This document shows, piece by piece, positions 36,488 to 46,439 of a DNA stretch of 62,289 nucleotides. The position numbers and the translations under genes were made by a program. The notes under the pieces are model-generated. The model was given only the letters and a program-made list of their open reading frames with translations. It ran no database searches and was not told the origin of the DNA. The DNA is from a virus (taxonomy: Duplodnaviria > Caudoviricetes): positions 1 through 62,289 of the IMG/VR virus record IMGVR_UViG_3300031953_000007, one strand, 5' to 3'. Position 1 is the first letter of the stretch. Each line of letters starts with the position of its first letter.

Positions 36488-36658
36488 ATGCAGCCACAAG
36501 AATTTGTTATATGGGTCTGCTCACAACCCGGTCTGAAAGCCCTAGACCCTCCTTCTGAAGAAGAGTGGCGCGAATTTCGCCACCAGCTAAGCGCTACGAT
36601 TGGCGCTATGGTTGCCGAGAAACTCACTAACGCAAAAAGCATGAATAAGCGCCAATAA
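36488..36658 (+). CDS. Small hypothetical protein
   Basis: AGGAG RBS, ATG 36488. Confidence 0.55.
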   Translation: MQPQEFVIWVCSQPGLKALDPPSEEEWREFRHQLSATIGAMVAEKLTNAKSMNKRQ

Positions 36659-36659
36659 C

Positions 36660-36688
36660 TTGACGCTTATTCTTTAAGAGCATAATAT
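36660..36688 (+). promoter_or_regulatory. Sigma70-like promoter for the capsid operon
   Basis: TTGACG-17 nt-TAATAT. Confidence 0.6.
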
Positions 36689-36837
36689 CCTGATATGAAT
36701 CTCGTTTTGTATGTCACGACAGCACATACGGAGTTCGGCCTCCTAAAAAGTCGCTTCCCGCTGGTCTGAGCGATATTTCGGGCAAACAGTAGTGAACCGA
36801 CTGAACTTTAAAAACCCAGCCTTAGGAGGCTAACACA

Positions 36838-37950
36838 ATGGCTTTAACTAACTTTGCCGCGCTAACAGACGAGAATAAAACCGTCTGGTCCATGGACACA
36901 TGGAAGCAGGCACGTAATTATTCTTTCGTAAATAAGTTCCTTGGTAAAGACGCCAACTCGCTTGTCCAGCACATCACTGAGCTGAAGAAGTCCGAGAAGG
37001 GTGCCCGAGCCGTTATCACCTTGCTAGCCGACCTTGAAGGCGATGGCATCGCTGGAGATCGTACGCTGGAAGGCAACGAAGAAGCGATGAAGAGCTACGA
37101 TCAGGTTATCCAGATCGACCAGCTCCGCCACGCTAACCGTCACGAAGGCCGCATGGCCGACCAGAAGTCCGTGGTTGAGTTCCGTAACAACAGCCGCGAC
37201 GTTCTAGCCTACTGGCTTGCCGACCGGATTGACCAGCTGGCCTTCCTGACTTTGTCAGGTGTTAGCTACGCCATGAAGAACAACGGTACTGCCCGTATTG
37301 GCTCCGACTTCCCGTTCCTTGAGTATGCTGCTGACGTGTCCGCGCCTACTGCACAGCGCCGCGCCCGTTGGGACGGTACTAACAAGGTTCTGGTAACTGG
37401 TGGTGCTACTTCCGCTGTGGCCGCTGCAGATACCCCGATGTGGGAACTGTTCGTTCAGCTGAAAGCCTACGCTAAAGACCAGTACATGCGCGGTGTTAAG
37501 TCGCCCGGTGGCGAAGAAGTGTACCACTGCTTCCTGACCCCGCAGGCCATGGCCCAGCTGAAGCTGGACGTCACATACATGACAAACCTGCGCCACGCCC
37601 AGACCCGGTCCAGTGAAAACCCGCTGTTCACCGGTTCAAGTGTGCTGATCGACGGCATCATGTTCCACGAGTTCCGCCACGTTTATAACACCTCCGGTGC
37701 TGCCGCTGGTTCCAAGTGGGGCGCTGGCGGTAACGTCAACGGTTGCCAGATTCTGTTCTGCGGTGCTCAGGCACTAGGCATGGCGGATATCGGGACTCCA
37801 GAGTGGGTAGAAAAAGGCTTTGACTACGAGAACCAACAAGGTATCTCTATCGGTAAGATTGCCGGGTTCCTGAAGCCTAAGTTCAACTCCGTCTACTCAG
37901 GTAACACTGTGCAAGACTTCGGTGTAATCTCTGTGTATGTCGCACAGTAA
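36838..37950 (+). CDS. Major capsid protein (N4-gp56/DUF4043-like)
   Basis: L.G.G..GD.TLEGNEE, I.IDQLRHA, DFGVI; AGGAGG RBS; strongly biased codons. Confidence 0.85.
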   Translation: MALTNFAALTDENKTVWSMDTWKQARNYSFVNKFLGKDANSLVQHITELKKSEKGARAVITLLADLEGDGIAGDRTLEGNEEAMKSYDQVIQIDQLRHANRHEGRMADQKSVVEFRNNSRDVLAYWLADRIDQLAFLTLSGVSYAMKNNGTARIGSDFPFLEYAADVSAPTAQRRARWDGTNKVLVTGGATSAVAAADTPMWELFVQLKAYAKDQYMRGVKSPGGEEVYHCFLTPQAMAQLKLDVTYMTNLRHAQTRSSENPLFTGSSVLIDGIMFHEFRHVYNTSGAAAGSKWGAGGNVNGCQILFCGAQALGMADIGTPEWVEKGFDYENQQGISIGKIAGFLKPKFNSVYSGNTVQDFGVISVYVAQ

Positions 37951-37982
37951 TTCACCACAACGATATCTGAGGGGATAGGACT

Positions 37983-38414
37983 ATGAAAAAATCTACCACT
38001 CGAGGCGCGGAGTACATCCTGAGCGCTTCATTCGAGTTCACGATTACTGACACTATGGCCAACGTCTCCGGTGCTGGTCAGGCTTTCGCAGCCGCCGCCG
38101 GGGTCTTCGAAGCGGTGTTTTTGCCGCCTAGCTCGCAGATCGTCGGCGGTGACATCACCGTTATCGCCGTAAGCGACGAAACAGGCACCGCCACCATCTC
38201 TGTTGGCGACGAGACTCTGGCTACCCGATACGCCAGTGCTGTGAGCCTGAAAACCGCTGCGCGAACTGCGCTTACGCCGACAGGTTTTCAGAATCTGGCC
38301 GGTGAGAATCTGCGCGTTACTCTGGCAAATGCCAACGGTAATGCGACAGCCGGCAAAGTGAAGGTAACTGTCCAGTATATCTCTGGCAAAACCAACGAAG
38401 TTCAGACCCACTAA
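37983..38414 (+). CDS. Putative capsid decoration/minor capsid protein
   Basis: Ala/Thr/Gly-rich beta protein directly after the capsid gene. Confidence 0.6.
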   Translation: MKKSTTRGAEYILSASFEFTITDTMANVSGAGQAFAAAAGVFEAVFLPPSSQIVGGDITVIAVSDETGTATISVGDETLATRYASAVSLKTAARTALTPTGFQNLAGENLRVTLANANGNATAGKVKVTVQYISGKTNEVQTH

Positions 38415-38417
38415 CCG

Positions 38418-38455
38418 GTTAGCAGGAGGGGGCCAATAGGCCCTTTCTTGCTACC
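38418..38455 (+). terminator. Hairpin ending the capsid transcript
   Basis: TAGCAGGAGGGGGCC...GGCCCTTTCTTGCTA. Confidence 0.55.
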
Positions 38456-38485
38456 ACTTGTCTAAAAAGCGTGGAGATTAGAGCT

Positions 38486-38902
38486 ATGGCGTCTTCTAAA
38501 AAAGCCGGTAGCACCAACGAACTTGTGCTTAACCGCGACTACACCCTGATTTCAACTATGGGCCACTCCGTTGCGTTTACAAAAGGTGTGCCTGTTCACG
38601 TTCCGCCTATTATGTACAAAGCTGCTTTGGGCATCGGCGCAGTTCCTGCTGATGGCACCGAGCCGGCTCTGGAAAACGAAAAGACTTCTGACAGCGCCCC
38701 CATCGATCCGGGTGAGCGAGCAGGGGTGATCTACGCGGTAATTATGCAGATGGTCGAAGACAACATTAACGACGAGTTCACTGCCGCGAATGCCCCGAAA
38801 GAGACAGCCGTGTCCAAACGGGTTGGCTTCAAGGTCCAGACCAAAGAGCTCAAGCCGCTGTGGCAGAGATACCACGACGAAAAGGCAGGCGAAAACGCCT
38901 GA
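38486..38902 (+). CDS. Hypothetical head-module protein
   Basis: GGAG RBS, ATG 38486. Confidence 0.6.
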   Translation: MASSKKAGSTNELVLNRDYTLISTMGHSVAFTKGVPVHVPPIMYKAALGIGAVPADGTEPALENEKTSDSAPIDPGERAGVIYAVIMQMVEDNINDEFTAANAPKETAVSKRVGFKVQTKELKPLWQRYHDEKAGENA

Positions 38903-38914
38903 TGGTGACAAGCG

Positions 38915-39604
38915 ATGACTCCGGAAGACGTTATTACCCTGTTTCGAGCTGAGTTCGGAGACACCGTCGCCCCCCATCTGTGGAGCGAGGGCGAAGCTGC
39001 TGTATACCTCACCGAGGCGCACAGGCAGTTCGTTCTTGGTTTAGGTGGGATTCCGGACATCGTCCCGGTTGATTACCTTCCTGATGAGCCATTTTCAAAT
39101 ATAACCCCTTTGCTGCACACCGTCCGGAAGGCTTATCATCCGGACGGTGAGCCTCTGACTACTCGAAACATCGAGGAGCTAGACACTACGTCGCGGCTGT
39201 ATCGTCCTGATAACCGCCGGTACCGCCCACTCGAACTCGTTCTCGGGCTTAAAAGAAACCAAGTACGCTGGATGCCAGTACCCTCGGAAGCGGGGGCTAT
39301 TGAGCTGGCGATTTATCGCGCGTCCTCTTTGGTGGTCACCTCAGACACTATTGAGACTGCAGAATTTGAGATAGAAGACCAGTACCACCGGTCTTTAGTG
39401 TATGGCATGGCCGCACAGGCGCTGCTAAAACACGATGCTGAGACGTTTGACGAGCAGAAAGCCCAAGAGTTGCAGGCGCGTTTTTTTGGTGTTATCACGG
39501 AAGCCAAAGCTGCCCGCGACAAACGGGATTACACTCCGCGGTCCATAGTGTATGGGGGCCCTGAAATAGGCGGTAACAGTTACGGAGGTCGCGGTGTCTG
39601 GTGA
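38915..39604 (+). CDS. Putative head-tail adaptor
   Basis: FR....D...P.LWS..E...YL.EA, W.PVP, EI..QYH..LV motifs; position. Confidence 0.65.
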   Translation: MTPEDVITLFRAEFGDTVAPHLWSEGEAAVYLTEAHRQFVLGLGGIPDIVPVDYLPDEPFSNITPLLHTVRKAYHPDGEPLTTRNIEELDTTSRLYRPDNRRYRPLELVLGLKRNQVRWMPVPSEAGAIELAIYRASSLVVTSDTIETAEFEIEDQYHRSLVYGMAAQALLKHDAETFDEQKAQELQARFFGVITEAKAARDKRDYTPRSIVYGGPEIGGNSYGGRGVW

Positions 39605-39797
39605 TGAACATAACGAGAGGGCGCTTACAGACGAGGAAATTCGTGAAATCCGGGGAATTATAGAAGCGGACAAGCGAGCTAAATGGCTTTGGGCAACTAT
39701 CCGCACCGGTTCAATCTGGTTAGCGGCTGTTTTAGGAGCTCTGATGTTGGCTTGGGACTCGCTAGGGAGAATATTGCGGTCAATCGTTGAGCGGTGA
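39594..39797 (+). CDS. Small membrane protein, possible holin
   Basis: Single TM, upstream of the lysin. Confidence 0.45.
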   Translation: MSGDEHNERALTDEEIREIRGIIEADKRAKWLWATIRTGSIWLAAVLGALMLAWDSLGRILRSIVER

Positions 39798-39871
39798 AAC
39801 CCATGTTGCGAGCTATATTTGGTAGAGCTGAATGTGATGCAAGACACCCCCCTTCGCGCCGTAGGAATACT

Positions 39872-40276
39872 ATGGGACGATACACTTATTGGGCTTTGTG
39901 CTTTGCTCTTTTCGCCGGCAGTTGGCTGACGTTCAAGGAGTTTGAGAGCCGCTTTTTTCCGGTAGTTACAGACTTCCGGATAACTGAGGTGGTAGAACAG
40001 GTAGACAGCACCGTCGACATTTATGGCTCCTTCTCAAAAGTACGCGACTGTGAATTTGTAGGGGTGGTAGCTTACTCCGGCCCAACGCTGGTCCGCGTCA
40101 GTTTCGTGGACGGAGAAGGTAGACTCTACCCAGACGTGACGCGGTTAGCCCGAAAGCAGTTTTTTGGTCCTTGGCGGCTGGAGCCAAAGACCGCGCAGTT
40201 AGAGCTTTATGTGACCCACAACTGTTCTACAGGGATAGTTGTCACCGAGTTGTTTGAAGGAGCGCTGGTTTTATGA
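39872..40276 (+). CDS. Membrane-anchored hypothetical protein
   Basis: ATG 39872 after AGGA; N-terminal TM and two conserved-looking Cys. Confidence 0.5.
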   Translation: MGRYTYWALCFALFAGSWLTFKEFESRFFPVVTDFRITEVVEQVDSTVDIYGSFSKVRDCEFVGVVAYSGPTLVRVSFVDGEGRLYPDVTRLARKQFFGPWRLEPKTAQLELYVTHNCSTGIVVTELFEGALVL

Positions 40277-40680
40277 AGCTGAATGAAATGCCTTTTCGCA
40301 AGTGCGACGACCATGGGTGCGGCCATTGGCATGCTGGCCGGGGTAGCCGGTTGCATAATGGCGTCGATCTGGAATGCGTGCCCGGGACTACTGTAGATTC
40401 GCCAATCAGCGGGGTAATCACCAAGCTGGGCATCGTGTACGCTGATGACCTTCACTGGCGGTACGTTCAGATCAGCGCGGGCAAATACAATTTTCGCCTA
40501 TTCTACGTGGACCCAACGGTCTCTAAAGGGGACGTCGTAGTTTCGGGCCAGCCAGTAGGCACCCACCAAGCGCTGGGTGGCCGGTACCCCGGCATTACCG
40601 AACACGTCCACTTTGAAATAAAGGACGCTAAAGGGGAGTATATCGACCCAACGCCGACGTTATTGGTGATGGGGGGATGA
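40273..40680 (+). CDS. M23 metallopeptidase (endolysin), LECT2-like
   Basis: HxxxD (HNGVD) and HxH (HVH) zinc motifs, C-terminal IDP. Confidence 0.85.
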   Translation: MKLNEMPFRKCDDHGCGHWHAGRGSRLHNGVDLECVPGTTVDSPISGVITKLGIVYADDLHWRYVQISAGKYNFRLFYVDPTVSKGDVVVSGQPVGTHQALGGRYPGITEHVHFEIKDAKGEYIDPTPTLLVMGG

Positions 40681-40770
40681 GCTGAACCACTCGCCGTGGG
40701 AGAACAAGAGCGCTCCAGCCGGCGGTGAGCGCCTTGCCCGGGTACACGCTCCGGGTATAACACCGGTCTG

Positions 40771-40802
40771 CGGGCCCCTCTGAAAAGGGGGGCCCGTTTT
40801 TT
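40771..40802 (+). terminator. Intrinsic terminator
   Basis: CGGGCCCCTCT-GAAA-AGGGGGGCCCG-TTTTTT. Confidence 0.85.
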
Positions 40803-40846
40803 AAGTAACACAGGTATACTGTAGGGAATTACAGGTCGGGGGCGTA

Positions 40847-42046
40847 ATGTCAAAGAAGGTAAGCCTAAGCAATTGGGAGAACGGGGCGAACAACATCGCC
40901 CCCGAAGACCGCCTACCTGATGGTTTTGTCCGCGACCTGCTGAACCTAGACCCGGTCGGTGGAACCCTCGAGATGCGCACCGGTTACGAGCTGGTTGCCG
41001 CGGGTACCGACGTGCGGGCGGTGATGGCGCTAGGCTCCAAAGTTTTGTATGTAGACGGGGCCACTCTGATCGAGTTTGACATGTTAACCAACGCTTCACG
41101 CACTCTGCGCAGCGTTGCTGGGGCCGGCTCAGTCTCTTCTTGTGTCCATAACCACGAACTGTTTTTCTCTACCGTGAACGAGACTTTGCGCTACGACGGC
41201 AAAAACGTACGGGAGTGGGGCGTCCCTGACGTCACCGGCCAGCCGCTGGTGAGTATCAGCGACCAAATAACCGGGCGCCGGTTGTACGCCATGACCTACA
41301 CGAACCAATATGGCGAGGAAGGCGGCACGGTTTCCGCGGCCAACGTCCCCGAGGGCGTGTATGAATTCACTATTCCCCCTCTCGCAGCCGGCCTAAAAGC
41401 AAACCTGTATGTGTCTTCTCTCAACGGTCGGACTTTATACCTACAGGGAACTTACGAAACGGCAGGCCCCGTAACGGTTAACCGCCCAGTAGACGACACG
41501 CAGACGCTGGCCACTATGCACATGCGCAAGCCTTCTCCAGCCACACATTTAGCGTCCAAAAACGCCGTTATTCTAAGCGCTGTGGGGTCGGCCCTACAAG
41601 TTACCAGCCCTATGGCGCCGCACCTAGTCTCGCCGGCGAGCGCGTTTTTTCAATACCCGACGGGCATAGGTATGGTTCTACCAGGCTCCCGGGGGGTGTA
41701 CGTTAGTGCAGACAAGGTCTACCAGCTTCGGGGGGCAGATACCGACAAGCCCGACCAGAATGATATATCCGACTATCCCGCCGTGGCAGGCACTGGGGTT
41801 TCGCTCGCAGACGGGCGAGCTGCTTGGTTAACGAGGTATGGAATGAGTATAGAAAGCGCAGATGCCCGTGAAGGGGTTATACAGCCGAACCGGCAGTCGT
41901 TCGTTCCCCAAGAGGCGACGCAGGGTGCCAGCGGTGTTGTGGACAATAACGGCAACGAGATGGTTGTCACCACCCTGAAAAACGGCGGTCAGCCGAATAC
42001 GCTGGTCGCCAGCGACTACTTTGAAGCGGAGGTTATACGGCCATGA
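40847..42046 (+). CDS. Virion/tail structural protein
   Basis: G.NN...E..LP....R...N.D N-terminus typical of tail nozzle-type proteins. Confidence 0.55.
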   Translation: MSKKVSLSNWENGANNIAPEDRLPDGFVRDLLNLDPVGGTLEMRTGYELVAAGTDVRAVMALGSKVLYVDGATLIEFDMLTNASRTLRSVAGAGSVSSCVHNHELFFSTVNETLRYDGKNVREWGVPDVTGQPLVSISDQITGRRLYAMTYTNQYGEEGGTVSAANVPEGVYEFTIPPLAAGLKANLYVSSLNGRTLYLQGTYETAGPVTVNRPVDDTQTLATMHMRKPSPATHLASKNAVILSAVGSALQVTSPMAPHLVSPASAFFQYPTGIGMVLPGSRGVYVSADKVYQLRGADTDKPDQNDISDYPAVAGTGVSLADGRAAWLTRYGMSIESADAREGVIQPNRQSFVPQEATQGASGVVDNNGNEMVVTTLKNGGQPNTLVASDYFEAEVIRP

Positions 42047-42549
42047 CGATCCTTGGGACCGGGCTAACATATAAAATCGAACTCATTAATCACGGCGTGG
42101 TTACTGAGTCCAGTATTGAACATAATATCTTACCTCAGCAGTCGGTGGACCACATCGCCAGCTTGATTCGAGGTGGGGGCTCGACGCCGATTTCTAGTTG
42201 GTATCTTGGGCTGTTCGAGAACAACTACGTGGCAGACAGCTCAGTCACTGCGGCTGATTTGCAGGCCACGGTAGGAGAGTCCACAGCGTACACCCAAACT
42301 GCTCGCCTGCCGTGGACAAATGTTTACGACGGCGTTGGCTTTATTGGCAACGCGTCCAGCATGGCGGAGTTCGCGATGAACGCCAACAAGACGATTTATG
42401 GCGCTTTCATCGTGTCTAACGCCACCAAGGGCGGAACCGCGGGCATCTTGTTGTCGATAGCACGGTTCAGTACGGCTAAAATAACCGAGCCCGGAACCGT
42501 CCTGCGCATCACGGCCGGCCTATCGCTCACCCCTACTAACCCGCTGTGA
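42043..42549 (+). CDS. Virion structural protein
   Basis: WYLGL, E...Y....R, TIYGAF motifs; tail module. Confidence 0.6.
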   Translation: MTILGTGLTYKIELINHGVVTESSIEHNILPQQSVDHIASLIRGGGSTPISSWYLGLFENNYVADSSVTAADLQATVGESTAYTQTARLPWTNVYDGVGFIGNASSMAEFAMNANKTIYGAFIVSNATKGGTAGILLSIARFSTAKITEPGTVLRITAGLSLTPTNPL

Positions 42550-42557
42550 GGTAAGAC

Positions 42558-42956
42558 ATGAACGTATCAGAGTTTTCGTCCGAGCAGCTGGTTAAGCTGC
42601 TGTTCACAAGCGTCGCCCTCGGCACGCGCCCAACCGCTTGGTATGTGGCGCTGCACACCGGTGACCCTACGCTGGACGGCTCGGGCAACGAAGTGGGTGA
42701 CGCCAACTACGCGCGCCAGTCCGCGACGTTTGCAGCTGACCAGCCGGTAGCCGACGGCCCGTGGCGAGTGCGTAACGCAGCAGACGTTGTGTTCCCCGCC
42801 GCAGCCGCGGCGTTCACCGTGACCCACGTGTCCGTGTTCAGCGCCCTGACTGCGGGTAACGCCCTTGCTATCTTCCAGCTTCCGTTGTCGCGGGCGGTGG
42901 GCACCAGCGGTGTGTTCTCCATCCCCATCAACGAGCTGGTAATCACAGGAGAGTAA
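42558..42956 (+). CDS. Tail structural protein
   Basis: YVALHTGDP...NEV...NYARQ...FP. Confidence 0.65.
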   Translation: MNVSEFSSEQLVKLLFTSVALGTRPTAWYVALHTGDPTLDGSGNEVGDANYARQSATFAADQPVADGPWRVRNAADVVFPAAAAAFTVTHVSVFSALTAGNALAIFQLPLSRAVGTSGVFSIPINELVITGE

Positions 42957-42957
42957 T

Positions 42958-43398
42958 ATGTCCACAATAAGCACAGCGTTGCGTAACCACCTAATGACCG
43001 TCGGCTCGTTCAAGGCCGGAGTGGACGGCAGCGTCCTGAGAATTTACTCCGGCACCCCACCGGCTACCCCCGACGCCGCCGTGCCCGGCGCAGCTGTGCT
43101 GTTGTGCTTAGTGTCTGTAAACAGCACAGGCACAGGCGTCACGTTTGAAGCCTCCGCGAACGCGGGGCTGCTACTGAAGTCCGCCGGGGAAGTCTGGTCA
43201 GGGGTTAACGCGGCCACAGGTACGGCAGCGTGGTATCGGATCGGGACGTCTGCGGACGACGGCGCTGCCTCGACCGCGGCGATCCGCCTGCAGGGTACCG
43301 CGGGGCTTGCTGGAGCCGATCTGAACATGACCAATATCAACTTGGTCTCTGGCGCTACGCAGACAGCGGACTACTTCTCGGTGCTGATGCCAGCGTAA
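42958..43398 (+). CDS. Virion structural protein
   Basis: IYSG..P.T.DAA, GTA.WYR, RLQG motifs. Confidence 0.6.
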   Translation: MSTISTALRNHLMTVGSFKAGVDGSVLRIYSGTPPATPDAAVPGAAVLLCLVSVNSTGTGVTFEASANAGLLLKSAGEVWSGVNAATGTAAWYRIGTSADDGAASTAAIRLQGTAGLAGADLNMTNINLVSGATQTADYFSVLMPA

Positions 43399-43408
43399 AG
43401 GGGCCGAC

Positions 43409-45466
43409 GTGACCAACAAGCTGATAAGGCCGGTTACCAAACAGTACATCCCGGGCGTCACGGCTATACCGCCGAGGCCCGCGCGGTGCTACACCCAGAC
43501 GATAACCCGCACTACGTCGGGGAGCGTGGGTACGACCAGCACGTTTGTGTCCTACGAAGCCGGCGTGAACCAGTCCTTCGGGGGGTTCGCAACGCCGGTG
43601 TTCCGGCAGGTGCCGTCCTACATCGGTGACTTCGGGCAGCTTGTAACCCAAGAGCTTGTCGGCTGGAACATACTTCGGTTCGCTCCGGCTAACCCGATCT
43701 ATACCACCACCGAGCAGACGATATGCACGCCGGCGGTGGCAGGGCGCGAAGGCGTAGCAGCGCAGACCATCGAGCAGAACGCTGGCCCTGACTGGCGGGC
43801 TTCGTCGCGGAGCGTTGAGCGCAAGACCGGCGACGTGACTGCTGCGTTCGACGTAAGCAACAGCCCTCGAATACTCATAGGGTTCTCCACCCGCGACACC
43901 GGTGCCAATCAGAGCGACGTCCGTATGGGCGTGGCGTTCGTGACCGCAGGGCAGACTACTCAGATCATCCCGATAAACTCCGGGGTGCAGCAGGCGGCTG
44001 TCGGCACGTTCACCAACGGCGACCGTGTTGCGCTGTCCCGCGTGGGCGACAAGTTCTTCATCCAGTCTGGCAACGATCTGGTGTACTCCGCCACGGCGTC
44101 CACGCTGGAGCCGGTATACCTAGACGCCTTGCTGTACACCTCGAACGACTCCGTGGATAACCCAGAGTTCAGTACGCCCCTTGCCGTCTCGGTGTCAGGG
44201 CGCTTTGGTTTCACCGCTGGGCTGACCGCACGCACCGGCGTATCGGCGTCGATAGGTTTCGCCGGCGCTGTTGGCACACTGGTTGATGGCACCGTGCTGG
44301 TGTCCGTATCAGGCCAGATAGGCTTCACCGGCGTTGTGCTCACGGCCAATGGGCAGGAAGTATCGGCAGCTGGCCAAGTCGGCTTTACCGGCGCGCTGCG
44401 TACAGGCGTGGTGTTCCTCGATGGTTCCACTGGTGGCGACGAGACGTTTAACTCTGGGCTTACGACGTCGGCCATTACAATTGGCCCGCTGACCACCTTC
44501 GCTGCCGACAAGCCGTACACTGCTGGCGCTATCGTCCTCTCCTCCATTGCCGTGGAAGGTAGGACGGGCGAGGTTAGCCAGACCGTCGACGGGGCGGACA
44601 TTGTGCTCGCCCCACTGGTGAGCTACGCAACGATGCAGACGGGCGGACTTATTACTGCCCAGCTGGTTCTGCAGGGCCTGCGCTCGTTGGCCGCTGACCG
44701 CCCATACGCCGGCGCTACCATGACCCTGCCGGCGCTCCTTGTGTATGGCGACGACGGGTTCGGTGACCCTGACTACTACGGCCACAACGAGGGGCTGGAA
44801 CTGTCCGCCCCTATGTACACAGACCCTAGCCTGTTCGCCAGTATCTACGAGACGCTGGAACTTGAGACTGAGATGTCTCTGACCGTGCTATTGTCGGGTA
44901 CGATCTTTGAGGGCTTGATCCTAGACCCGTCGCTGAGCGCTAAGGGCTTCCTGTACGCGATGATCGAGTCCGGTATCAACCTGTCCAGCGCTACACAGCT
45001 GCCGGATACGTCGGTGGCGCAGTACGCGTTTAACTCGATTTCCGGAGCAGCAACGCGGTACTCGGACTTCGGGTTCACACAGTTTGCCCGGGCTGGGCAG
45101 GAGACTTTCGCTATCAAGCCCGACGGCCTGTACCGGTTACGCGGGGGCGACGACAACGGCGAGCTGCGTTCTGCGCTCGTAGACTTTGGCGCAATGGCGA
45201 TGGGCGTGCAGCAGAGCAAGCACCTAGAAACCCTGTTCTTGGGGCTGGGCACCGACGGCACCGTGTACGCCAAGCTCACCGGTGACGGCGGGGAAGAGCT
45301 CATCTACCGCGCAGTTGAGCGGGAGTCTACAATGAGAGTCTCGCCCGGGCGCGGGGCATCTGCCCGAGAGTGGCGCTTGAAGCTTGAAATCTTCGATGCT
45401 GAGAAAGCCAGTCTGGACAGCATAGACTTTTACGTAGCGGTGTCCTCGCGACGGCGCACGCGGTAA
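43409..45466 (+). CDS. Virion/tail structural protein
   Basis: 685 aa, beta-rich, repeated G.FGF.G units. Confidence 0.55.
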   Translation: MTNKLIRPVTKQYIPGVTAIPPRPARCYTQTITRTTSGSVGTTSTFVSYEAGVNQSFGGFATPVFRQVPSYIGDFGQLVTQELVGWNILRFAPANPIYTTTEQTICTPAVAGREGVAAQTIEQNAGPDWRASSRSVERKTGDVTAAFDVSNSPRILIGFSTRDTGANQSDVRMGVAFVTAGQTTQIIPINSGVQQAAVGTFTNGDRVALSRVGDKFFIQSGNDLVYSATASTLEPVYLDALLYTSNDSVDNPEFSTPLAVSVSGRFGFTAGLTARTGVSASIGFAGAVGTLVDGTVLVSVSGQIGFTGVVLTANGQEVSAAGQVGFTGALRTGVVFLDGSTGGDETFNSGLTTSAITIGPLTTFAADKPYTAGAIVLSSIAVEGRTGEVSQTVDGADIVLAPLVSYATMQTGGLITAQLVLQGLRSLAADRPYAGATMTLPALLVYGDDGFGDPDYYGHNEGLELSAPMYTDPSLFASIYETLELETEMSLTVLLSGTIFEGLILDPSLSAKGFLYAMIESGINLSSATQLPDTSVAQYAFNSISGAATRYSDFGFTQFARAGQETFAIKPDGLYRLRGGDDNGELRSALVDFGAMAMGVQQSKHLETLFLGLGTDGTVYAKLTGDGGEELIYRAVERESTMRVSPGRGASAREWRLKLEIFDAEKASLDSIDFYVAVSSRRRTR

Positions 45467-45482
45467 TTATCAGAGGTGACCT

Positions 45483-46439
45483 ATGGCTACTGAGTTAAAC
45501 AACAGGCTCGACAATACTACTGACTTCCTGCAGGAGCATGCACGCGATGCTATGATCCTTGCAAGGCAGTCTGAGGGGCGAATTCAAGCTAACGGAGTCG
45601 TCGACCTTAAAAACCCGCGGTTAAATATAGACCTAAACAAGCCGAACATCGAGGCTCCGCCAAAGTTCTCGGACTTGTTCCCTGACGCTGACGGCACTTC
45701 GGAAGAGGTGGCGCGGCTGAACGGTGAAGTGGACAAGTGGCTGGCGGATTATTTCCCGTCCATCAACGACTGTTTCAAGAACGTGCCTGACGAGTGGTTG
45801 TGCAATATTATTTCAGGCACCGAGGCCTTCGGTCTGCACGAATCTGTGTTCGAGGCTATCTGGCACAACTCCCGTGACCGTGAAGAGCGGCAGTACCGCA
45901 GTGAAGAAGCCTCACTGCGTGCAGACTTCTCTGCGCGAGGGTTCTCTCTCCCGCCGGGGGCGATGGCAGTGGCTATGGACAAAGCCCGCCAGAGAGCGTC
46001 TGAGGCCGTGCAGGAGGTCAACCGCACAGAGTCTATCCGTAACGAGGAAGTGAAACTCCAGCTCCTACAGTTCGCTGTTCAAGAAGCTGGGCGGTACAAG
46101 CTGGCCATTATGTCCTCGCTTGCCGAGTTTTATCGTATCTGGACGACTATCCCAGACAAGGATATCGAGCGGGCCCGCGTGCGTGCGCAAGCGTACAGCT
46201 CTCTGTACTCAGCACTGAGCGCGTACTATAACGTCGAGATCTCGTTCGAGGAGCTGCGGCTGCGGGCTGCGTCCGGTGACGTAGACGCCCAGTTGGCATC
46301 GGACAGCAACAAGATCGCACTGAACAACAACACCGGCGTGGCCACGGCAATAGGCAACGCTGTGCGAGGCTTCTCTGACATATCCGCCAGCTCTGCGAAC
46401 GCAGCCGGTTCGCTGATAGCTCAGATCGAGTCTGTATGA
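45483..46439 (+). CDS. Virion structural protein (helical)
   Basis: ARGFSLPPGA motif; GAGG RBS. Confidence 0.6.
   Translation: MATELNNRLDNTTDFLQEHARDAMILARQSEGRIQANGVVDLKNPRLNIDLNKPNIEAPPKFSDLFPDADGTSEEVARLNGEVDKWLADYFPSINDCFKNVPDEWLCNIISGTEAFGLHESVFEAIWHNSRDREERQYRSEEASLRADFSARGFSLPPGAMAVAMDKARQRASEAVQEVNRTESIRNEEVKLQLLQFAVQEAGRYKLAIMSSLAEFYRIWTTIPDKDIERARVRAQAYSSLYSALSAYYNVEISFEELRLRAASGDVDAQLASDSNKIALNNNTGVATAIGNAVRGFSDISASSANAAGSLIAQIESV

Noticed and set aside
40680-40770. Possible tRNA or ncRNA after the lysin
   Set aside because: Some pairing potential, but no cloverleaf, T-loop consensus or recognisable family
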